Shown here: positions 55,023 to 64,000 of the stretch, piece after piece
Layout of the letters: each line of letters begins with the position of its first letter
Numbering within the stretch: the stretch's first letter is position 1
Source: Epiperipatus broadwayi
Lineage: Eukaryota > Animalia > Onychophora
Assembly: GCA_028023455.1 (NCBI GenBank)
Contig: JAQFVV010000005.1
Coordinates: 11,346,001-11,410,000, forward strand
Length of the DNA: 64,000 nt
Reading direction: 5' to 3'
The notes under the pieces: generated by a model
Databases searched by the model: none
What the model saw: only the letters and a program-made list of their open reading frames with translations
What the model was told of the DNA's origin: nothing
Program-made: the position numbers and the translations under genes

Positions 55023-56319
55023 TTCAGATCACCATCTCCCACACATATATATATATATTTTAGAACTGTTCCAAATATTCTGTTTTATTGTATTTGATTT
55101 AGTATATATATTTTTCTATAATATCAATTTTATGTGTGTGTTTTCTGTGTATACATAAATTCAGTTGTGCTTTTCAAACAAAAAAATAATAACACAGACA
55201 CACATATTTTATATATACATTGATCAATAAAATCTGTTCAGAAGACATCTTTAAATATTTTTTTAAAATATATATTCTCTTAGGCAGAACTATGAAAGAC
55301 TTTTACATTTCTATTTCGATCATGTTATCTGCTATCTTACCAAGAATAATGGTGGATTTATTATATTTAACTAGAAAAGAAAGCCAATAAATTTTTTAGT
55401 TTTTTGCCTATATTAATTATTTATAATAGTAAATATTAGGTTACAGTAGAAATGGTGACAAATAAATTGAGAATGTGCCACATATACTGACACAACCCTA
55501 TCATTTTGAATCTAATCAGCTGAGAAAGCAGTATAGCAGTTAAAATATATAATGAATAAAAATGAAATGAATGATATATATGATGTTATACTCAGTTCAT
55601 CAGCATATAGTGTCATCAATGGCTATCTATAGTTAAAAGTTTATCACTTATTAATAGTCAAAATTTAGAATCAAAAAAATGCAAATAGATTAACAATGAT
55701 GATAAAATTGGGGGTAGTGTGAAAAATCTATTTTCAAAATTAAATTTATTTTTTTCAGAAATATTGTTTTAGGAAAAATTAAAAATGGAAAGGAGTATAG
55801 ATAACATAGCAATCATCTTCTGCACAGCAAAGTAACTGAAACCCAGTCAAGGGAAGAAAAAAATATGGAAAACCAGGTGTATTGATTAAAAATAATTCAC
55901 AAATTGAGGATTTAGAGGTTAAAAGAGTGAACAAATTACAATGAAAATAAGAAAATGCAAAAACAAATAATTGTTTAATATGTACCACATAGCAATGGTG
56001 CATTGAAATGAATACTTGAAAGAATATTGTGCCGACTACAGTGTTTGTAGTCACACATGTATACATAGTAGTCGAGGAATATTAAAAATGCAGAAGTAAA
56101 CCTATAATGAGAGGGTGGAAAAAGCATAATAATTAGCTAAAATTTCGTTAAAAGGTGAAACACAAAATGAAATTAAAGGAAGTAGGTCACTGATATTTTA
56201 AACAGAAAAAAAGGAAAATTAAACTTATAAAGTGATTAATGTTTAATTAAATCCTTTGTTTTAGAAAAAAAAATATAGAAAGAAGGGGGTATATAACAAA
56301 ATGCATCTTTTTTTATTAA

Positions 56320-57570
56320 GGAAAAAAAAATGCAGGTGACTGATCACCCGCTACATGATGTAAATACATTTGTTTCAAGAAATCTTGAGATGGTACCACA
56401 GTCAATAACCATAGTCTTCTCCATTGATTCATGAGTCTTTGAATTGCCAAGTCCTTTAATTCACAGATCCTTAGAAATTCATCTATGTTGCCATATCTTT
56501 GTATAAACCACATCTATGGATTTCATACTTTAAACTGTTTCTGAATTTCCATCGCCTTCCTGTTCAGAGTCTTCTTCAAAATTTTCCTCTTGTTAGCTTA
56601 TTTCTTCATCATCTGTGATTTCTTTCCTTTCATCAGTACACACCTTATTTGCTGATACTGATTGGGTTCTGCTTCCCATGATTGAATTTTAGGTCTTGCT
56701 TAGTAATCAAGGATTCAGTTGTATAATCTGAAAGTTTATTAAACTTTGGAATATTCTCAATAATTATTGCTTGAAAGAGGATACTTTGCAGCTTCAGTGT
56801 CTCTGTTTAGGTCTAAAACATTCTTTGTACTAATTTTGTCTTTGAATTACTTTTTTGTTCATAAATCACTTCGTTGTAATTCTGTGTTGATTTGAAAAAA
56901 AAAAATTTTTTTAATTTTTGAGGCGCCCAATCCACCGGAAGTGGGCTAATAACTTCTGTTCTGATCATCAGAGAAACCTGATTTGTATCCAGGGAGATAG
57001 CTTGAGTTATAATCTATAATGTTCAATTCTAAAATTGAGATCGAATTAAAATTTAAAATAATTTTTTGATCTACAACTGTTTAGCCACATTCAGTTTGTC
57101 ACTGCGATGTCGTATCTTTTTTCCTATGAATAATTTAACACTGAGATGTTTTTTTTTTTTTTCCGTTTAGTTTTATGATTAATTTTTGTATCTATATTAA
57201 TCCCTATGCCATTTTCTGCCTTCCCTGACTGGTTTGCAGTCATAGAAACTTGTTTCACATTTCTAAAATCTGATGCAATGATGAAATTCTTAAAACCGTC
57301 TTTGTTAACATGTTATTTTCTACGTTTTCTATGAGCTTTGATGTCCAAATGATTTCTCTGTTTATTCTAACAAAACATTTGGATTTCTAGTGTCTCTATT
57401 CTTTTTAGAATTATTTGGTTTGATTTAAAATTATTTTCCAAGTTTTTATGTTGTTCTAATAATTCCTAGAATTATTCAACGTAGCTTTTGCCTATTTCTA
57501 ATGGCAGCCATTTACATAACTGAACCAATAGAAACTCTCACTTATTCTTGAGTGAAAACTGTTCTAAAAT
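56320..57570 (-). mobile_element. Probable pogo-like (Tc1/mariner, DDE_1-type) transposase relic
   Basis: Minus-strand remnants NFRTVFTQE, KCETSF...REGRK, an acidic EEDSEQEGDG stretch and NGEDY...LWYH (PHD-like end). Many stops; TIRs not found. Confidence 0.45.
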
Positions 57571-58009
57571 TTCTTATAAAGATGAAAAAACAATAAAACG
57601 GGTATTCACTTACATCTTGGTAAACCTTTTTCTATGAATCCAAAATTGGACTATGACCTTGGTGAATAAAACATGGAGCCTGTATCAGCGAAAACTGGAG
57701 TCCCAATGCTTCTCTTTTTCTTTTTAAAAATTACTTACATGAAGAAAGAAAAGCAAATCGAAGATATGTGAAACTTATTATAGTAAAACATTAGATATTG
57801 TAAATAAATAAATTGAAATGAAATTTGAAAAGTATAAAATTTTATAAAAAAAGAAAAATGTGAAACTTGTATAAAAATTCCTTTGTAAATCTGTATAGAT
57901 AAAAATATAAAGGTGTGAGAAGATCTGTTGTTAATTAGTAACATTCCAGCAAACAGTGGTTGGGCAAATCTATAAATAAGGCGGATCTATATTAGATATA
58001 TTATTTTTC

Positions 58010-59130
58010 TGTTATCATACTGGGCAAAAGAACTGAGAACGTGTGAGACCAGAAGTCATGGATAAAATTAATATTAGCATGCGTATGTCTTTAGAGATGC
58101 GTGGCTAGTGACCTTAAATGGGCGTTTGCTCGGTCTCTGCCCACCTGACTTCGAACTCACCCAGGGACGAATATCTGCCGCCTTGCCTGCTAAGTAAATT
58201 GCCGTGTCCGACCGTACTATGCCGGGAAAAGAAAGAATGAATACAACTAAGAAACCTGAAAGCGAGAAAGAAGGAAACTAAACCAAATGCAATAAATAAC
58301 ACCAGGTATAATCCAGCCAGCCGGAGAGTCTATTACAGGATCAACCTGCCTCTGCAAAAGAAGAGGGTTGGGTTTCACAGGGAGAAATCCTAGGTAAACA
58401 ATTTGCTATTTTCATACATGCATGTATGGATTAAGTTCGTATTAGGAAACCAAACTGAGAATAAATTAGAGTGCGCAATATTTTAAAATAAATATAAAAA
58501 AAAGAAAGAAGAAAGAACTGTTTCTAAAGTAGCTATTTTAAGAAAGGGAACAATTATTCTTTTGTCAGACTTTTATTAATTATCCGATCAGAAGTTTAAT
58601 TATATGTTTCCATGTTTATAGATCTTATTTTTTTTTGTATTTTAGATGTGTAAATTTATTATATCATTTAACTTGATTTTTTTTTTTTTATTCTTTTGTA
58701 TTAAACATTATTACTGCTAAATTGTTTGTCTTTCTTGATTTTCTTTCGCCAAGTGAACAAATAATAGTATTAAATTAAATCTAGGTTAGTAAAATCAAAA
58801 GCTATATTCTGTCTAGGGATTTTGTAATTTCCAGGCTTTTGATTTTTATCACTTATTCCACCTGGATTGCCAGGTGCAGGAACAAGTTCACCATTCCACA
58901 TCCTAACCCTGAAGACATCTTCATCTCAAAGTTAAAGGAAATCCGCCTTAAGGACAATCTTATCTTGTCCTTATTCCTGTATGACAATATATGAAGACTA
59001 ATTAAGCTCAATGTTCAGCTCTCCGTGGACATCAGATGACTTCACTGGAACTCACCTGAGCTTGCATGTATAGCTGCACTCTATTAACACTTGTATCATA
59101 ATTTCATATGCTTTTCAATAAAGTTATTTA
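58010..59130. other. GC/CpG-richer unclassified segments, probably younger repeat or LTR-like DNA
   Basis: Composition shift with retained CpGs (58100-58330, 58850-59080). No recognisable protein motif. Confidence 0.25.
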
Positions 59131-59367
59131 TATATAAAGTAAATTGAGTCGGTTAAATTTTAATTTAAATAAAGAAAAGGGGAAAGATATTTTAAAGAAA
59201 CGGAAAGGTGATATAAACGAAAGAGGGGGGGGCTGTATATTCATGTACTCAGCTATTATTGGTGGTAATCGTCAAAAATTAATAAATATTCCAAGCGCTG
59301 GGTATCTAATAAAGCATTCTCAAGAATGTTTTTATCCAGCAGCCGAGGGGCATCTGATCGGGAAATG

Positions 59368-59614
59368 TAACGTTGGAGGAATATGTACATATTATTCCAG
59401 GGTTCGGTCAGGAATACAGACTTGAGAGCTAATTTAATCTGTATTTGCTTCTTGCTTGAGGTAACAGTAGAAATTAAATAATTAAATATAACGTTGGAGT
59501 AATATGTACATATTATTCCAGGGTTCGGTCAGGAATACAGACTTGAGAGCTAATTTAATCTGTATTTGCTTCTTGCTTGAGGTAACAGTAGAAATTAAAT
59601 AATTAAATATAACG
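59368..59614. repeat. Two-copy 121-bp tandem duplication containing a near-perfect 24-bp palindrome
   Basis: TAACG starts at 59368, 59489 and 59610. The copies differ at one base. Palindrome GGA(G)TAATATGTACATATTATTCC. Confidence 0.9.
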
Positions 59615-60564
59615 AAAACTGTTGCAATACATTATGGATTAAATTCACTTAACATATTATGTCTAGAACAAAAGAAGGGATCTGTTATATACAGAGAAAT
59701 TTATGTATGAATTAAAAAAGCCTATTCAATAACTAGTTTATAAAAATAATACACAGAAGGAATAAATCTTTAGAATTAAATAAATAAAAAGCAAGGCTGT
59801 TCTATTTTTGCATTTTACTGTTCAATATGTTATTCACCCTGTTGTTCTATGTCAGTTTTCCTATCTAATTCTTGTGCTTTAGTTTTAATTCTCTAATATT
59901 AAATGATGTACTGAAACCTAATGAAGATAATTTTAGATTTAGTTAACTTTTAAAGAATAAAGATCACTTGAGTTGGGAAGTTTGACTTAATTTGAACTTA
60001 TAAACATGAGAGAATTAAAAAATAAATATTTTTCTTATTCATTTATTAGGCAATTTATTCTTTAAGCATATAATTGAAATTGTTGAGTACCATTTACTGA
60101 ACTTCTTAGCAAATATCACTTTCTTATTTATGAATATGCATTGATAATATGTTAATATGAGAATTGCCATTTACAAAGCTATAAATTCAAGTATTTCATA
60201 TTTTAAAAGGGCCAGACAATTTGCTTTTTCCAAGCAACTTACTATGTATAAACATGTTTTTAAACAGAACATATAATACAGGTTAGTAATACTATAATAA
60301 TTTGGCAATAAGATAGCAGAATATGATTAAATTGTCATCACTAATAATTTTTTATTTTGGAGATGTGGTCAGATAAAAACATTAATAGTAGTAATATTAA
60401 ACCATCAAACATCACATGATCACCATCTCTATACTAGCACATAATTTGTTGTAAACAAAGGCAAAACTCCCCATACAGTAGTGCCACCTGTGCCAAACAG
60501 AGTAATCAATGGATGCCAGAAGGCTTGTGCATAAAATCCCTATCTAGTGCCTACTCATCCAATA

Positions 60565-60606
60565 TTCCCAGACTAGTTTCTGGCTTGTGGCCATCATCAC
60601 TGAGGA
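60565..60606 (-). ncRNA. Family A hammerhead, C3G (predicted impaired)
   Basis: Reverse complement UCCUCA GUGAUGA UGGC CACAA GCCA GAAA CUAG UC UGGGAA. Confidence 0.6.
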
Positions 60607-60978
60607 GCCTTGGATCTGAGAGCACTGCACCTAGATCTTAGGATCTAATGCAACCCTCCAGCAGCCACCTTTGTTTACAACAAATTATGTGCTAGTATAG
60701 AGATGGTGATCATGTGATGTTTGATGGTTTAACATCAATCCTGCCTAATAGTATAGTGGTGGCTATGGTTGTTTAAGAGCCAAAGACACCGAAATGTATG
60801 GGTGCTGAATTGAGTTCAGACCCATATGACTATATAAGCTATTGAGCTTAGATTGAAGATATTAACAATGTTTTCAATTTCATTCTCATAGTTTTGTAGT
60901 AAAGTAGAGTTAAAAGGTGGCTGCTGGAGGGTTGCATTAGATCCTAAGATCTAGGTGCAGTGCTCTCAGATCCAAGGC

Positions 60979-61020
60979 TCCTCACTGATGATGGCCACAA
61001 GCCAGAAACTAGTCTGGGGA
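60979..61020 (+). ncRNA. Type I hammerhead ribozyme (family A), best-formed copy; predicted cleavage after 61014
   Basis: TCCTCA CTGATGA TGGC CACAA GCCA GAAA CTAG TC TGGGGA: full core, 4-bp stem II, GUC triplet. Stem I extends via ATCCAA/TTGGGT, CTC/GAG, GTGC/GCAC and ATCTA/TAGAT. Confidence 0.88.
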
Positions 61021-61440
61021 TATTGGGTGAGTAGGCACTAGATAGGGATTTTATGCACAAGCCTTCTGGCATCCATTGATTACTCTGTTTGGCACAGGTG
61101 GTACTACTGTATGGGGAGTTTTGCCTTTGTTAGTAGTAATATTAATGATTGTAAATCAATAATCAAGAATTTGCATTTTTTCAAATACATTTTTAATCAA
61201 AGAAACTAAGTATATTATCATCATGCAAAGATGGATATTAGATATTGGTTTGAAGTTATCCCCTATATCTTATATATCTTATTCTATTTTTCAAACTTTC
61301 ATAGTCTCTTTTTCTTCTTAATATTGCCAAAAACTATTTTTTATATTTCTTAGAGTTTTCAGTCTTGTTTTTATCATTTCCTAAATGTCAAAGTTTCTTC
61401 CCCATTAAATATATTACTTAAAAAAAAAAAACAAAAGCAA

Positions 61441-61549
61441 GATCAGAAAGTGTCCTTCTTGACTTCCAAAATCTTCAACTTATATATTTAACCAGGATCA
61501 GAAAGTGTCCTTCTTGACTTCAAAAATCTTCAACTTATATATTTAACCA
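61441..61549. repeat. Two-copy 55-bp tandem duplication
   Basis: GATCAGAAAGTGTCCTTCTTGACTT... at 61441 and 61496, one internal mismatch. Confidence 0.85.
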
Positions 61550-62337
61550 TTGTAATTCTTAATTAAATTTTTTTATTGTTATTTTTATGAAAAATCAACT
61601 AAAAATTAAATACTTTATTTATAAATTCAAAATTTGATAAACTGTTGCCAAAGTAAAAAAAAAAAAATACAATAATAGAAATAAATAATCAAGTTATCTG
61701 TTGTTTGTAAGTTATAGATTAGAACATTAGAAGTTACAGTTAGGCCTCAAGAGAGTTCCAGAATTTTCCATTATACCAAATCAACAAAGTAAAATCATAT
61801 TCAGTGGTTTATTAGATAGTAGCATTATTCATAAAATATTTAATTTCTTTAAAAAATTTTAATACTGACATGAACAAAGAATTTTTTTTTTTTTAAAAAA
61901 AAAACATCCACTACATCCTAAACTCTAATTTTTGAAAAGCAGAAAGTCATCTATGAAATTTGCACATCAGAATCACTTGGGAATTACTGAACCCATGAAT
62001 GTTATTCTTAACAAGAATTATTGTTTATAAAACACTAAGATATAAAGGCAAAAAGAATCAGAGATCAGATTGTTTCAGTAATTTAATACCAGAAAATTCA
62101 AAACAATATTGGTGAAAGAAAAGTCTGTGATCATGGTACAATGACAGGTAAATTTGAATAAGAAGCATATATTAATATTCATGATTTTGTTATTTTAAAT
62201 TAATTTAGACAAAAACTATAACATAAAATTACAAATATAAAGCTGAGTGCTTGTAAGGGACTTAAGCCTCCATAATCATAGCCAATACAATATAAAATAC
62301 AAAATATAAACACTTATTCAAAAGCAAAATGCGTATC

Positions 62338-63580
62338 TCAAATAAAATGTAGACAATCTAAAATATATTTATATAAAATAAAATATAATAAAAATAAATA
62401 TAGCGTCCACATTTTAGAAATACTAAAACAAGAATCCTTTCTATTAATAGCATTGGGACTACTAGCTATAAAACAAGCTTCTTTAATCTTATGCTTTATG
62501 TCATTCTTCTCAATACATAGATGTTCAGCCTTATTTTCATGTTCCACAAACACTGAATTACCCAAAGCTTTAGATTTAGTACGATGATAGAAATATTTAT
62601 GCTGTGAAACTCTATTTAAAATATTGGTTTTAGTTTCACCATAATAAATAGAATGACAATCTTTATGAGGACAAGAAACACTATAAACTACATGCTGTGT
62701 TAAATTAGATCCAATTTTAAATTTTGAATTGTTAATCAATCTATTCGGATTTGGAGATGAATGAAAAATTACCTGAAAATCCGAAGATAACTTATTAATT
62801 GACCGTTTTGCAATAGAATGAATATATGGCAAAACTATATGAGGTTTTTCCGTCTTGTAAGGTTTAAACCGCAAATTATGTAAAAATTTCGCAACCCGAT
62901 TATTAATAATTGAACGTTTATGTCCAAGTTTCACTAAGTCCTCAATAAAACAAATATGATTTTCCTTCCTATGTCCCTCAAATTTACAAAGATGGTGGTT
63001 TCTATATAAAAACAAATTAAAGGATGCCAACTTGTACACTTGAGAGTATGAATGTGGATGGATTAAACCCCTAACTTTCATAGGTTTCACACACATATGG
63101 TAGTCCAAATGATCTGTTCTATGCACAATAAAATCCAAATATTTCACTTCCTGTAAGGCATCTTCCCAATTTATCGTAAGATTTAAACCGGTAGCCTCAT
63201 GAATGCTACTTTGACTCTCTAAAATGATATTTTCAGGAGCCACAATAAATATATCATCTACATATCTAGTGTAATAATATCTGGTAGAGAGTTAATAAAT
63301 GTAGGGATAATTCTACACTCAAAATGGTCTAAAACTATAACAAGATAATTCCACTAAGAGGAAGGTCTATTAGTCAACCATTTAATATTTGAAAACAATC
63401 TTTAAATGTAGCCACTAAATTGTCATCCAGCCAAGTTAAAAATCCAACAATGAAATCAACTTTATAAGATGGAAAGACTTTATCACATAAAGATAACTTG
63501 ACTATATCTATTGACTGCTTATGATCAATGGACCCATACAATTCCGTAACATCCAGTGCTGCGGATTTAAAATTAGAATT
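62338..63580 (-). mobile_element. Penelope-like element, minus arm: RT (frameshifted) plus a 301-aa open frame with thumb and GIY-YIG endonuclease
   Basis: ALDVTELYGSID (motif A, ~63525-63560) and RYVDDIFIV (~63245-63270). ORF 62338-63243 contains YLDFIVHR and VVYSVSCPHKDCHSIYYGETKTNILNRVSQH. Confidence 0.9.
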
Positions 63581-64000
63581 TTAACATTTTTGGCTGGATG
63601 AAAATTTAGTGGCTACATTTAAAGATTGTTGTTTTCAAATGTTAAATGGTTGGCTAATGGGCCTTTCTCTTAGTGGAATTCTCTTGAGTATAGTTTTAGA
63701 CCATTTTGAGCGTAGAATTATCCCTATATTTATTAACTCTGTACCAGATATTATATACACTAGATATGTAGACGATATATTTATTGTGGCTCCTGAAAAT
63801 ATCATTTTGGAGATTCAAAGTAGCATTCATGAGGCTACCGATTTAAATCTTACAATAAATTGGGAAGATGCATTACAGGAAGTGAAGTATTTAGATATTA
63901 TTGTGCATAGAACAGAAGATCATTTGGACTATCATGTGTGTGAAACCTATGGAAGTTAGGAATTTAATCCATCCTCATTCATACTCTCCTCAAGTGCACA
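63581..64000 (+). mobile_element. Penelope-like element, inverted plus arm (RT motifs), running off the window end
   Basis: ORF 63609-63959 has GWLMGLSLSGIL, YTRYVDDIFIV and YLDIIVHR. It is closely similar to the reverse complement of ~63040-63440. Confidence 0.9.

Larger units (their letters stand above)
60401..61130. mobile_element. Family A insertion (distinct subfamily), full-monomer plus arm, 15-bp TSD
   Basis: TSD TAGTAGTAATATTAA at 60386-60400 and 61131-61145. Minus arm 60401-60672 and plus arm ~60668-61130 share a CCTTT junction. Confidence 0.92.
59682..61600 (+). mobile_element. Probable Gypsy LTR (paralog of 39720-40850) interrupted by the family A insertion
   Basis: AAGAAGGGATC purine tract followed by TGTTAT. 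Colinear similarity with 39.7-40.8 kb on both sides of 60401-61130. Confidence 0.5.

Noticed and set aside
55950-56070. piggyBac-like cysteine-rich tail
   Set aside because: Cys/His spacing needs frameshifts and no transposase core is nearby.
57615-57700. GHS...NFGFIEK as a Sola2-type transposase motif
   Set aside because: The two halves are in different frames with wrong spacing; the adjacent sequence fits a pogo-like relic better.
123-59425. Most 60-100-aa ORFs in the supplied track
   Set aside because: They are low-complexity I/L/F/K/N-rich frames expected by chance in AT-rich eukaryotic DNA, many start at TTG/GTG, and they carry no motifs.
60745-60825. Pol III A/B boxes in family A (TGGCTATGG, GAGTTCAGACCC)
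   Set aside because: Both deviate from consensus; too weak to claim.
2132-61130. Family A as a classical MITE or CRISPR-like array
   Set aside because: Arms are unequal with locus-specific centres, TSDs are long and variable, and there is no repeat-spacer periodicity or cas gene.
62200-62340. Expected HHR downstream of the PLE ORF
   Set aside because: No CUGANGA/GAAA arrangement is recognisable on the minus strand.
1-64000. rRNA, intact tRNA, telomeric arrays, prokaryotic operon features
   Set aside because: None recognisable; the sequence is eukaryotic repeat-rich DNA.

Overview
This is very AT-rich, intron-style eukaryotic (probably invertebrate metazoan) DNA, dominated by decayed transposons; the species cannot be identified from the sequence. 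Most short ORFs in the track are noise. Recognisable coding content is one C2H2 zinc-finger ORF (16461-17657) with a decayed paralog (~45.1-45.6 kb), three Gypsy LTR relics plus fragments, a hAT relic, a pogo-like relic, a 5'-truncated non-LTR element with a 17-bp TSD, and three Penelope-like elements (PLEs; RT and/or GIY-YIG). The main signal is non-coding. A ~455-nt unit carrying a type I hammerhead ribozyme (HHR; CUGANGA...GAAA, palindromic ACUAGU stem III, long bulged stem I) has inserted seven times. Every insertion is a divergent inverted pair of arms flanked by a 12-15-bp target-site duplication (TSD), with one arm ending at fixed terminus A and the other at terminus B about 50 nt further on. 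Arms read through the monomer junction, implying a circular or tandem-multimer RNA template. At least two other HHR families and a third TSD-flanked 341-nt unit are also present, giving about 15 HHR or HHR-like motifs in 64 kb. The picture fits a retrozyme-like, PLE-mobilised ribozyme RNA system; activity, expression and the driver element are inferred, not shown. All alignments and coordinates were read by eye.
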